Assembly: GCA_964450875.1 (NCBI GenBank)
Contig: CAYVHG010000103.1
Span: 1-57,759 of the forward strand
Direction of reading: 5' to 3'
Length of the DNA stretch: 57,759 nt
Origin: an uncultured Anaerolineaceae bacterium
Lineage (GTDB): Bacteria > Chloroflexota > Anaerolineae > Anaerolineales > DRMV01
Each line of letters opens with the position of its first letter. Within the stretch, counting starts at the first letter, position 1. A program made the position numbers and the translations under genes. The notes under the pieces were generated by a model. That model was given only the letters and a program-made list of their open reading frames with translations. It had not been told where the DNA came from and did not search any database. Positions 46,010 through 54,429 of this stretch are shown here, one piece after another.

Positions 46010-46243
46010 CTACCCTGCCGCCTTAGAGACCAACACCACCGCCAAGGTCAGCGCAAAGAACAATACACTCAGCGCGATGGTGAGGTGGAAGAAGGTCTTT
46101 TCCAGCCCGCGGCGGGCGCTGAACACGGCGCCCATATCCGAGCCGGTCAGCCCACCCAGCCCGGCGCCTTTGCTTTGCAGCACCACGATGGTAATCAGGG
46201 CAATTGAGGTTATAATCAGGGCAATATCCAGATAGGTTTCCAA
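46010..46243 (-). CDS. secG: preprotein translocase subunit SecG
   Basis: IVVLQSKGAGLGG...FSARRGLEKTFFHLTIAL. The probable TTG start at 46243 lies 5 nt after AGGAGG (the track ATG is at 46267). The promoter TTGACG-17-TATAAT on the minus strand overlaps the start of the divergent PHP gene. Confidence 0.8.
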   Translation of the reverse strand: METYLDIALIITSIALITIVVLQSKGAGLGGLTGSDMGAVFSARRGLEKTFFHLTIALSVLFFALTLAVVLVSKAAG

Positions 46244-46319
46244 AGCGTCCTCCTCGCTGCGTGACATCGCCTGTTTTCAGGCCACCCGATTATACCTTCC
46301 CCCAAAGGAATCGTCAAAC

Positions 46320-47390
46320 ATGCCTGCTTGGCACGAAGCCGTCGTTGCTCTGCACATGCACACCCGCTTTTCCGATGGCGCGGGCACCCACCGCACGATT
46401 GCCGAAGCCGCCTTGCGCGCCGGGGTGGATGCCGTCATCGTGACCGACCACAACGTTTGGGTGGAAGGCGCCGAAAAGGTCTACGCTCGCGACGGCAAGC
46501 GGGTGGTGCTCCTCGTAGGCGAAGAGGTCCACGATCCCACCCGGAAGCCGCAGAAGAACCACGCCTTGGTCTTCGGCGCGGGGCGTGAAATGGCGCCTTA
46601 CGCCCGCGAGCCAGCCCGGCTGTTTCAGGCCGTTGCCCAGGCGGGGGGCATGGCTTTCATTGCCCACCCGGTGGACCCTGCTGCCCCGCTGGTAGGGGAA
46701 CCCGACATTTCGTGGGAAGCCTGGGATGCCGAGGGCTACACCGGCTTGGAAATTTGGAATGCGTTGAGCGAGTTCAAAGGGCACCTCAAGACCCCCGTGC
46801 ACATTCTCTTTTACAGCCTTTTCTTTCATCAGGTGGCGGTGGGGCCTTATCGGGAAGCCCTGGCCCGCTGGGATGGCCTGCTGGCGGCGGGAAAGCGCGT
46901 GGCTGCGGTGGGTGGGGCCGATGCCCATGCCAATGTTTACCGGTTGGGGCCGCTGCGCTTGACCCTTTTCCCTTACGAAAAGCACTTCCGGGCCATTACC
47001 ACCCATTTGCTCCTTGCCGAGCCCCTGGATGGACGGCTGGAGCACGACCGCCGCTTGATTTACGCAGCCCTGCGCGAAGGCCGCGGCTTTGTGGGCTACG
47101 ATCTGCCCGCCAGCACGCGGGGCTTCCGTTTTACGGCTACGGGCGAGCGTGGGGAAGCCACCATGGGGGAAACCTTGCCCCTCAACGGCGGGGTCACTTT
47201 GAAAATTCGCCTGCCGCGCAAGGCGGAATGCCGCCTTGTCTGCCACGGCGAGGTCGTGCAGCGGTGGAAGGGGCGCGAGATTTGTACCGCCACCGTGACG
47301 CGCCCAGGGGCGTATCGGGTGGAGGCCTATCTGCACGCCTGGGGACGTCGGCGGGGGTGGATTTTCAGCAACCCGATTTATTTGCGCTGA
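46320..47390 (+). CDS. PHP-domain metallohydrolase (CehA/McbA-like)
   Basis: LHMHTRFSDG...VIVTDHN...FIAHP...GGADAH metal-ligand pattern. Confidence 0.7.
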   Translation: MPAWHEAVVALHMHTRFSDGAGTHRTIAEAALRAGVDAVIVTDHNVWVEGAEKVYARDGKRVVLLVGEEVHDPTRKPQKNHALVFGAGREMAPYAREPARLFQAVAQAGGMAFIAHPVDPAAPLVGEPDISWEAWDAEGYTGLEIWNALSEFKGHLKTPVHILFYSLFFHQVAVGPYREALARWDGLLAAGKRVAAVGGADAHANVYRLGPLRLTLFPYEKHFRAITTHLLLAEPLDGRLEHDRRLIYAALREGRGFVGYDLPASTRGFRFTATGERGEATMGETLPLNGGVTLKIRLPRKAECRLVCHGEVVQRWKGREICTATVTRPGAYRVEAYLHAWGRRRGWIFSNPIYLR

Positions 47391-47513
47391 AGGCTGGCAT
47401 CCAACCAGGTTGGGGTGTGATTTTGCTTGCTCGTTGCTTTTGGGGCGATGGAGGGCATTGAGCGCGAGACCCCACGCCCCCAGCACCCTGGGCCTTTGGG
47501 CACCTCTTTCTTC

Positions 47514-47553
47514 TATTTGCGTCATCTACCTTTATCTGCGCCCATCTGCGTTC
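47514..47553. repeat. 10-bp-period degenerate tandem repeat (ATCTGCGyyC family)
   Basis: The units are TATTTGCGTC, ATCTACCTTT, ATCTGCGCCC and ATCTGCGTTC. Confidence 0.7.
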
Positions 47554-47568
47554 TTCCGCGGGCGAGGG

Positions 47569-47641
47569 TAGGGCGAGGCACGCCTCGCCCCTACGAAAAA
47601 TCGGCGAAAATCGGTGTCAATCGGTGGATTTATCTGCGTCC
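47569..47641. repeat. dispersed-repeat copy A: palindrome plus a phased AATCGGTG array
   Basis: TAGGGCGAGGCacGCCTCGCCCCTACGAAAAATCGG is followed by AATCGG(C/T)G at 47599, 47609 and 47619 (exact 10-bp spacing) and ends GGATTTATCTGCGTCC. Confidence 0.85.
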
Positions 47642-47670
47642 ATCAGCCCTCATCGGCGTCCATCTGCGTT
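47631..47670. repeat. four exact-phase 10-bp units, yATCnGCGTy
   Basis: TATCTGCGTC, CATCAGCCCT, CATCGGCGTC and CATCTGCGTT are contiguous. Confidence 0.75.
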
Positions 47671-47796
47671 CTCCTCACCACTGTCCCCAAAGCCACCCCC
47701 GCCCCCAGCCCGCAATTCCTAATTCCTCATTCGCAATTTCCCGCGCGCCCGCCCTCATCCCCCTGCATCCCCCTTCTCCCAAAGGGCGAAGGGGGA

Positions 47797-47896
47797 TAGG
47801 GCAAGGCATCGCCTTGCCCCTACGAGAAAATCGGTGCCAATCGGTGTAAATCGGTGGACGAAAATCGGTGTCAATCGGTGGATTTATCTGCGTTCC
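47797..47896. repeat. dispersed-repeat copy B (longer): palindrome plus five AATCGGTG units
   Basis: TAGGGCAAGGCatcGCCTTGCCCCTACGAGAAAATCGG is followed by AATCGGTG at 47829, 47839, 47849, 47863 and 47873. It ends GGATTTATCTGCGTTCC, identical to the end of copy A over about 34 nt. The last 26 nt lie inside the TrmH-family CDS. Confidence 0.85.
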
Positions 47897-48671
47897 CCCG
47901 CTGGCGCACCACCTCGAACATCAACACCCCCGCCGCCACCGCCGCGTTGAGCGATTCCGCCGCGCCGGGCATGGGAATGTGCACTGTCTGGGTGGCCGCT
48001 CGCCGCGCGGCTTCCCCTGCGCCGCGGGCTTCGCCGCCTACGATGAGCGCGAGGGGCCGGCGAAAGTCCGCCGCGCTGTAAGGTATGCCTTCACCCCCCG
48101 CAGCCAAAAAGCGGGCTTTGCCTTCCAGCAGAGGCACCAGGGCTTCCCACGGTGCACGGCGCAGAGGCAGGTGAAAATGCGCACCCATACCTGCCCGCAC
48201 CACCTTGGGATTGAAAGGGTCGGCGCAATCGGGGGAAAGCAGCACGCCCTGCACCCCCGCAGCCCAGGCCGTGCGCAACATCGTGCCTACATTACCGGGG
48301 TCGCGCACGCCGTCGAGCACCAGCAGGAAATCGGCCTCGGTCGGCCACGGCAGCGCCCGCTGCGGCAGCACCAGCAGCACTCCCTGCGGCGTCTCGGTGG
48401 CGCTGGCCGCCTGCATCACCTCTGCCGAGGCGGCGAACACCGGCACGCCCCGCCGCCGGAAGGCTTCCACCACCGCCCGCCCCCGCGCCCCGATTTCGGC
48501 GGCAAACAGCACCCACGCGGGCAACCACCCCGCCGCCAGCGCTTCTTCGGCCAGCCGCACACCCTCGGCCACGAATTCCCCTGCCTCGCGCCGCACCCGC
48601 GCACTGCGCAGCAAGCGGCGGACGTGCTGCACTTTCGGGTTCCGACGGGAACGAACGACGGCCGCGCTCAT
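47871..48671 (-). CDS. TrmH/SpoU-family RNA 2'-O-methyltransferase (RlmB-like)
   Basis: N-terminal substrate-binding domain (NPKVQHVRRL) followed by SPOUT motifs (DGVRDPGNVGTMLRTA, LIVGGEARG, IPMPGAAESLNAAVAAGV). Confidence 0.85.
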   Translation of the reverse strand: MSAAVVRSRRNPKVQHVRRLLRSARVRREAGEFVAEGVRLAEEALAAGWLPAWVLFAAEIGARGRAVVEAFRRRGVPVFAASAEVMQAASATETPQGVLLVLPQRALPWPTEADFLLVLDGVRDPGNVGTMLRTAWAAGVQGVLLSPDCADPFNPKVVRAGMGAHFHLPLRRAPWEALVPLLEGKARFLAAGGEGIPYSAADFRRPLALIVGGEARGAGEAARRAATQTVHIPMPGAAESLNAAVAAGVLMFEVVRQRGNADKSTD

Positions 48672-48674
48672 GGG

Positions 48675-49244
48675 TTAGGCAGGCCCGTTGGCATCCCACA
48701 CCGCAAGGAAGGCTTCTTGCGTGGGACGGTCGTAGAGCACCAAACGCACATCGCGCAAAGGGCTTTGGGGATGAGCGGCGAAATAGTCGGCTACCGCCCG
48801 ATAGAACACCCCCGCAGCCCGTCGCTTGGGGAAGCCGTAGATGCCCGTGCTGATGGCGGGGAACGCAATGGAAGTCAGGCCCAATTCCTCGGCGCGCTGC
48901 AAAGCGCCTTGCACTGCCGCCCGCAGTTTGGCATCCTCATCGTCGCGGCCGCCGTGCCACACCGGCCCGACGGCGTGAATGACATACCGGCAAGGCAGAT
49001 GGCCGCACTCGGTGTAAGCCGGGCGGTCGTGAGGCACCGGGCCGTGTTCCCGCACCCATGCCTGCGATTGCTCCCAAATGACCGCCCCACCCTTGCGGGC
49101 AATGACCGCCGCCACGCCGCCGCCGTGCGCCAGCCGGCTGTTCGCAGCGTTCACGATGGCATCCACCGGCATGGCAGTGATGTCGCCAGCCACCAGGCGG
49201 AAGACCCCGCCGTTGGGTAAATGCCGCTCTCGCAAGGTTTCCAT
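48675..49244 (-). CDS. macro-domain protein (ADP-ribose / O-acetyl-ADP-ribose hydrolase family)
   Basis: GDITAMPVDAIVNAANSRLAHGGGVAAVI...SIAFPAISTGIYGFP. Confidence 0.85.
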   Translation of the reverse strand: METLRERHLPNGGVFRLVAGDITAMPVDAIVNAANSRLAHGGGVAAVIARKGGAVIWEQSQAWVREHGPVPHDRPAYTECGHLPCRYVIHAVGPVWHGGRDDEDAKLRAAVQGALQRAEELGLTSIAFPAISTGIYGFPKRRAAGVFYRAVADYFAAHPQSPLRDVRLVLYDRPTQEAFLAVWDANGPA

Positions 49245-49259
49245 GATGACTTCCTACGT

Positions 49260-50111
49260 CTACTTCTTGGGCGTCTGCTCGCCGTTGTGCTTCGTCGGGC
49301 CGTAGGGTATCGGAATGTACTGCACCGAAGGCCGCCGCTGCGCCGTTTGCGGGTAGAGGTTCATCAATCTGTAAACCTCGGCGGGCATCTCGGTGGAAAC
49401 CGGCAGGCCAAGCGCTTGCGCTTCCTCCACGGTGATGGGATAGTCGTGGGTCCACCGGCCAGTCGCAAGCGTCTCGGCCAGCTCCTCGGCTTTGTCGGGC
49501 GGCATCTTGCCTTCCAAGATCTTGGCCACCGTGCGTTTGACCTGCTGGATGGCCTTCCGCGAAATGTCGGCCAGGATCAGCGTTTCGTCATCCACTCGGT
49601 TGATGTCTTTTTGCTCGACCACTTTCAAAATGGAAGCCGCGGCATACTGCCCGAGCTGCGGGTCCACCGGCCCCAGCACGGCGTTCTCGTCCATCACGAT
49701 CTCGTCCGCTGCCAGGGAAATCAGCGTACCGCCCGACATGGCGTAATGCGGCACGAACACGGTCACCTTGGCGGGGTGCTTTTTGAGGGCATAGGCAATC
49801 TGCTCCGCCGCCAGCACCAAACCGCCCGGCGTGTGCAAAATCAGGTCGATGGGCACGCTGTCGTCGGTCAATTTGATCGCGCGTAAAATCTGTTCCGAAT
49901 CTTGAATGTCGATGTAGCGCGCCATCGGGAAGCCAAGGAACGAGAAGGTTTCCTGGCGGTGGATGAGAGCAATGACGCGCGAACCGCGCTTCTTCTCCAT
50001 CTCGCGCATCATCCGCACGCGGGCGCTTTCCAGCATTCGCTGACGCAGCCACGGTTCCAGCGAAGCGAGCATCAAGAAGAGCCAGAACAGATCCCAGAAA
50101 CTACCGCCCAT
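49260..50111 (-). CDS. SDH-family Clp-fold serine protease (membrane-anchored)
   Basis: N-terminal TM segment, followed by IDLILHTPGGLVLAAEQIA...VPHYAMSGGTLISLAADEIVM. Confidence 0.75.
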   Translation of the reverse strand: MGGSFWDLFWLFLMLASLEPWLRQRMLESARVRMMREMEKKRGSRVIALIHRQETFSFLGFPMARYIDIQDSEQILRAIKLTDDSVPIDLILHTPGGLVLAAEQIAYALKKHPAKVTVFVPHYAMSGGTLISLAADEIVMDENAVLGPVDPQLGQYAAASILKVVEQKDINRVDDETLILADISRKAIQQVKRTVAKILEGKMPPDKAEELAETLATGRWTHDYPITVEEAQALGLPVSTEMPAEVYRLMNLYPQTAQRRPSVQYIPIPYGPTKHNGEQTPKK

Positions 50112-50123
50112 GAAACACCTCCG

Positions 50124-50816
50124 TTACCAGCGATAGAGTTCATCGGCATAGCGCCGATAGTGCTTTTGAGCAAATATGTTGGCAAAAACGAGGCCAAACA
50201 CGAAGCCGCCAATGTGCGCCCACCAGGCAACGCCGCCCATCGTGTGAGCGCCGTAAGGCAAGATGGCCATCCAGCCGGAATACAGCTGGGTGAGGAACCA
50301 GATGCCGATGAAAATCCAGGCCGGGATTTCCAAAAAGGTTATGACGAAGAAGATAGGCACCAAAGTCAGCACCCGCCCACGGGGGTAAAACAGCATGTAA
50401 GCGCCCAGCACACCGGCGATGGCGCCGCTGGCCCCGACGGTTGGAACGTGGCTGGCAGGCAATATAGCCGCCTGCGTCAGGCCAGCAGCGAGCCCGCTCA
50501 GCAGATAGAACACCAAGTAGCGGAAGGACCCCATGCGGTCTTCCACGTTATCGCCAAAGATGAAGAGCACCCACATGTTGCTGAGCAGGTGGAACCACCC
50601 GCCGTGAAGGAACATGCTGGTAAAGAGCGTAGGCCAGGCCTCCAGGGGATGCCACCACAGGCGAGCAGGCACCAGGCCATACGTCCCGATAAAGCGCTCC
50701 AGCGCCAAGTGGCTCAGGTGGTCTTCGTGCAGGAAGACCAAGACGTTGGCCGCGATGAGCAGCCAGTTTACCAGCGGAAATGACCGCGAGCGGACGGTGT
50801 CTTTGATGGGGAACAT
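50124..50816 (-). CDS. rhomboid-family intramembrane serine protease
   Basis: Six TM segments. HLLSNM...FG (TM2/TM3 motif), catalytic GASGAIAGVLG and a downstream H in AHIGGF. Confidence 0.85.
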   Translation of the reverse strand: MFPIKDTVRSRSFPLVNWLLIAANVLVFLHEDHLSHLALERFIGTYGLVPARLWWHPLEAWPTLFTSMFLHGGWFHLLSNMWVLFIFGDNVEDRMGSFRYLVFYLLSGLAAGLTQAAILPASHVPTVGASGAIAGVLGAYMLFYPRGRVLTLVPIFFVITFLEIPAWIFIGIWFLTQLYSGWMAILPYGAHTMGGVAWWAHIGGFVFGLVFANIFAQKHYRRYADELYRW

Positions 50817-50885
50817 ACCAGGCCTCGTAAGATGGATAGGCGGGGCGGAGGGACGCCCCCTTCGACAGGCAGTGGCGCAATTGTA

Positions 50886-51521
50886 TCACGCCGAGCGCAA
50901 GAACTGCCGAGTGCGGTGAATGCGCGCGTCGCCAAGGGGAATGCCCAAGGCTGCGAGCACTTCGTCGGGACGGCCGGTAGCGCCTTCTCGGGCGCTGAGG
51001 CGCATGCGCAAGCGGGGGCGGCCAGCCTCATCCGGCGGCAAGACTTCCAGCGCCTCGACCAGCGGCCGCAGGTCATAGGGCTTGCCGCGGCGTTCCCGCG
51101 GCAGCGCGGCGGCTTCCAACAAGGCGCGCACGCGGGTTTCCAGGTCGGGCACGGCCTCCAGCAAGGTGACGCGATATTCGCTCGCCACCACCTGGTTGGG
51201 CAAGGGCGGCTCTTCGGCCGGGACGGCTTCCACGGCCAAGATGCGGATGCCCGGCGGCGCGGCGCGCTTCAACGCGGCCTCGATGGCTTCGAGGGGCCAC
51301 GGCTCGGTCAACCAAAAGTCGGCCAGCTCATGTTCGCCGGTGCAGCCCAAGGGCAGAGCCGAGGCAAGGTGCATCTTGGGGCGAGGGTGGTAGCCCTGGC
51401 TGTGTAGCAGCGGCAGCCCCGCTCGGCGGAAGGTGCGTTCCAGCGTGCGCTGCACATCCAGGTGGCTGGTGTAGCGCATGGCCTCGGTTTTGGCATAGGT
51501 CAAGCGGATGCGAAGGGGCAT
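50886..51521 (-). CDS. DUF2344 / TIGR03936-family radical-SAM-associated protein
   Basis: RIRLTYAKTEAMRYTSHLDVQRTLERTFRRAGLPLLHSQGYHPRPKM matches the family N-terminus. No radical SAM partner lies in the window. Confidence 0.65.
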   Translation of the reverse strand: MPLRIRLTYAKTEAMRYTSHLDVQRTLERTFRRAGLPLLHSQGYHPRPKMHLASALPLGCTGEHELADFWLTEPWPLEAIEAALKRAAPPGIRILAVEAVPAEEPPLPNQVVASEYRVTLLEAVPDLETRVRALLEAAALPRERRGKPYDLRPLVEALEVLPPDEAGRPRLRMRLSAREGATGRPDEVLAALGIPLGDARIHRTRQFLRSA

Positions 51522-51543
51522 AGCGGCTCAGAGGGGGAAGGGG

Positions 51544-52047
51544 TTAGGCGCTTTCGAGGGCCAGCAAGCGGGCTTTGGTGGTCAGCCCGCCAAGGCCGCT
51601 GTAACCGCGCAAGCGGCCGTCGGCGCTGACCACTCGGTGGCAGGGGATGACGATAGGCATGGGATTGGTCGCCAAGGCGCGCCCCACCGCGCGCGCCGCT
51701 CTCGGCTTGCCGACGGCGGCAGCAACCTGCCCATACGTGCGCGTTTCGCCGTAAGGAATGGCGGCCGTTGCCTGCAACACCTTCCGTTGGAAGGGGGGCA
51801 AAGTGCCCCATGCGATTTCCAGAGGGAACGCCCGCCGTCGGCCAGCGAAATATTCCCGCAAGTGCGCCAGCCATTGGGAAGCCGCGCAGCGCAACGCCTG
51901 GGTTAGCGGGGCGTCGGCTTCGCCCGCCAGCCCGGCGGGGTGTGCGGGGCTCGCCTGCCAATGCACTGCAACGAGGCCCTGCGGCGTGACGGTCACGCCC
52001 AGGGCGCCCCAGGCGGGAATGTCGGTATAGGCAGTGTAAGCGGGCAT
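51544..52047 (-). CDS. ogt: methylated-DNA--protein-cysteine methyltransferase
   Basis: IPYGETRTYGQVA...NPMPIVIPCHRVV active-site motif. The start is the ATG at 52047 within track ORF 51544..52200. Confidence 0.85.
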   Translation of the reverse strand: MPAYTAYTDIPAWGALGVTVTPQGLVAVHWQASPAHPAGLAGEADAPLTQALRCAASQWLAHLREYFAGRRRAFPLEIAWGTLPPFQRKVLQATAAIPYGETRTYGQVAAAVGKPRAARAVGRALATNPMPIVIPCHRVVSADGRLRGYSGLGGLTTKARLLALESA

Positions 52048-52191
52048 CGGTTCTCCTGGCAAAGCGGGGGCCAAACGCCGCACCCCGCTCAGGGGCTTTA
52101 CAGCAGCCCGCCTATTCGCTGGCGGGGCGGGGGCCTGGCAGCCCTTTTGCAGTAAGCAAACAGCCCAGACGACCGCCTGGGCTGCGGGAAA

Positions 52192-52263
52192 TGCCCCCAC
52201 CGCGACTCGAACGCGGGTCTTCGGCTCCGGAGGCCGACGCTCTATCCACTGAGCTATGGGGGC
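52192..52263 (-). tRNA. tRNA-Arg (anticodon CCG)
   Basis: The minus strand reads GCCCCCA-UA-GCUC-AGUGGAUA-GAGC-G-UCGGC-CUCCGGA-GCCGA-AGAC-CCGCG-UUCGAGU-CGCGG-UGGGGGC-A, which folds as a cloverleaf with anticodon loop CU-CCG-GA. CCA is not encoded. A CAGCCCAG/CTGGGCTG hairpin (52161-52184) follows. Confidence 0.9.
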
Positions 52264-52301
52264 GGGTAGCGGCGCACATTATACCACAACGTCCGCCGCG
52301 G

Positions 52302-52793
52302 TCAGGCTTTGGTTTCGGGTAGCGAGGCGGGCGGCGGCCCCTCCGCGGCCTGGGTCTGTTGTAGGGCCTGAATGCCGTTCTGCACCTCGGCCATCATGCG
52401 CGCCAGCGCCATTTCCAGCTCTTGGAGCTTTTGCAAAGCATAGTCGTCGGCTTCACGCCTGATGGCCTCTGCGTCTTCGCGGGCTTGAGCAATGATTTCC
52501 CGCGCGCGGGCCTCGGCTTCCTGCACGATGGCATCGCGCTGAATCATTTGTTCGCGGCGCTCTTGCGCCAGCTGGATGGTGCGTTGGGCTTCCTCTTTGG
52601 CTTGCGCCAGCACCCGTTCTTTTTGGTTGAGCAGCTGCCGCGCCTTGCGCACCTCGTCGGGAATGGTGATCCGCATCTGATCGATGAGATCCAACATGCG
52701 GTCTTCATCCACGATGACGTTGTGAGTAAAAGGGATGGCGCGGCTTTCGTTGAAGAGTTCTTCCAGGCGGTCGACCAGTTCCAAAATGTCCAT
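52302..52793 (-). CDS. coiled-coil hypothetical protein (Glu/Ala/Arg/Gln-rich)
   Basis: 163 aa. The N-terminus MDILELVDRLEELFNESRAIPFT is followed by a long heptad-like helix. A TTGACG-17-TAACCT promoter candidate lies upstream. Confidence 0.6.
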   Translation of the reverse strand: MDILELVDRLEELFNESRAIPFTHNVIVDEDRMLDLIDQMRITIPDEVRKARQLLNQKERVLAQAKEEAQRTIQLAQERREQMIQRDAIVQEAEARAREIIAQAREDAEAIRREADDYALQKLQELEMALARMMAEVQNGIQALQQTQAAEGPPPASLPETKA

Positions 52794-52992
52794 AATCGGC
52801 TCCCCAAGCGGCTTGGGCGGAGGGAAAGGTTTCCTTTAGGTTACACGGACCTGCGATTTTCGTCAAGCGGGGCGCCCCGCACAGGCAGGAAAGCACCGTG
52901 GCGGGCAAAGCGCAGCGGGGCCACGCGCCGGCAAGGGGCGCACAGCCTTGCCTCGGCAAACGGTGCAATTCTTGGGCCGAAAAGCGAGGTAC

Positions 52993-54423
52993 TCAGGAAG
53001 CATCCACCGCATAGGAAGGCTTGCCATCGTCGCGCTGGTCGTCGTAAATTTCGTAGCGCACATGGGGCTTTCCCTGAGCGTCGAAGTGCACTTTGACGAT
53101 GCCCACATTGGGGTAGGCCATCCGGAAGTGGATTTTGTGCTCGACGATGGGGTAAATGTGCACCTTGCGAGCGGCGAACAAGGTCAGTTTGTTGGTCATT
53201 TGCTCGAAGGGCGAAGAGCAAAATTCCCACACTTTGAGCGGGGGGCTGCCCTCAGGCTGCAAGGTGGCTTCCACAGCATAGGCGCTGTGCAAATCGCCGG
53301 TGAGGAAGTAAACATGCTCCACGTGGTTGGCGGCGATCAGGTGCAGCAGCCGGCGGCGCTCGTCGGGGTAACCGTTCCAGCGGTCGCGGCTGAAGTCGCC
53401 CCAGAGTTCGAAAATGACCGCCACCGACGAGACGATGAACTTCACCGGGAAGGTGTCTTTGACTTCCAGCAGCCAGGTTTCGAGGGCTTCCCACTGGGCG
53501 CGGTTGAGCATCCGCTGGCCGTGGATGCGCTGGGTGCGGGTGTCCATCACGAAGAAAGCGGCGGGGCCGAAGGTAAAGGTGTAGGCGAAGTGGCCGTCGT
53601 CGGCAGGCAGGATGAGGGGGCGGTCGTGCTTGACGCCTTCCGGCGGATGCAGCAGGGGGGGCGCGTGCATCATTTGGTGTTCCCAATAGGTTTGCAGCGC
53701 CGCCTGAATGCGCCGGTGGCTCAAGCGGCGGGCTTCCGGCGGCAAGCGGCGCAGCCACCGCTCGACATAGTGCCACCAGGGAATGCGCCCTTCGTAGCGC
53801 TCCGGCGAGGTCCACGCCCAGTCGTCATCCACTTCGTGGTCGTCGAGGGTCATGAACACCGGCAGGTTTTGCAACGCCTGCCGCCAGGCGGGGTGCTTCC
53901 AGGTGTGATGATACACCGCCCGGTAGTCCTCTTCGGTGAGAGCCACTTTGCCGATGCCGTTCTTCCACCACGCGTCGGCGTAGATTTGGTCGCCCAGCAT
54001 GAGCAGGAAACGGAGGCCCAGCCGAGGGCGGAGGGCGTCGAGGCGGCGGAAGATCTCGCCGTCGTTCAGCAAGCCGGGCATGAAGCACGAGCCGAAGGCA
54101 AAGGCGAAGTCGGCAACCTCGCCGGGGGGAAGCGCGGTAGTGAACGAGGGGTAAGGGTCACGGCGGGGGGAAGGGCGTTTTTCTTCCAGCGTGAGGGTGT
54201 AGTAATACGTCGTGTCAGGCTCGAGGCGGCGCACATGCACCCGCCCCGCGAAGCCCGACGAGGCCACCAGCAAGGCCGCGCCGACGTGCTGCGCATCGCT
54301 CAAGTCGGGCTTTTGGCCAACCCAAGCGTGCAACATGCCAGGGCCGTCGGCGCGCGCCCAGAGGTTCACACTGCTGTGGCTCAGCCCACCGACCAGCGGG
54401 CCGAGGAGAATTCGACCAGCCAT
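52993..54423 (-). CDS. PhoD-family alkaline phosphatase / metallophosphoesterase
   Basis: LGPLVGGLSHSSVNLWARA N-terminal domain and a metallophosphatase core (FAFGSC...LMLGDQIYAD...DDHEV...FLTGDLHSAY). Confidence 0.8.
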   Translation of the reverse strand: MAGRILLGPLVGGLSHSSVNLWARADGPGMLHAWVGQKPDLSDAQHVGAALLVASSGFAGRVHVRRLEPDTTYYYTLTLEEKRPSPRRDPYPSFTTALPPGEVADFAFAFGSCFMPGLLNDGEIFRRLDALRPRLGLRFLLMLGDQIYADAWWKNGIGKVALTEEDYRAVYHHTWKHPAWRQALQNLPVFMTLDDHEVDDDWAWTSPERYEGRIPWWHYVERWLRRLPPEARRLSHRRIQAALQTYWEHQMMHAPPLLHPPEGVKHDRPLILPADDGHFAYTFTFGPAAFFVMDTRTQRIHGQRMLNRAQWEALETWLLEVKDTFPVKFIVSSVAVIFELWGDFSRDRWNGYPDERRRLLHLIAANHVEHVYFLTGDLHSAYAVEATLQPEGSPPLKVWEFCSSPFEQMTNKLTLFAARKVHIYPIVEHKIHFRMAYPNVGIVKVHFDAQGKPHVRYEIYDDQRDDGKPSYAVDAS

Positions 54424-54429
54424 AAGAGG

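Noticed and set aside
47500-47900. CRISPR array, or a replication origin (DnaA boxes), as an explanation for the repeats.
   Set aside because: The repeat period is 10 bp with no spacers of 25-40 bp, and no cas genes are present, so it is not a CRISPR array. TGGATTTAT does not match the DnaA box TTATCCACA/TGTGGATAA. The flanking genes (PHP hydrolase, TrmH) are not origin-linked genes.
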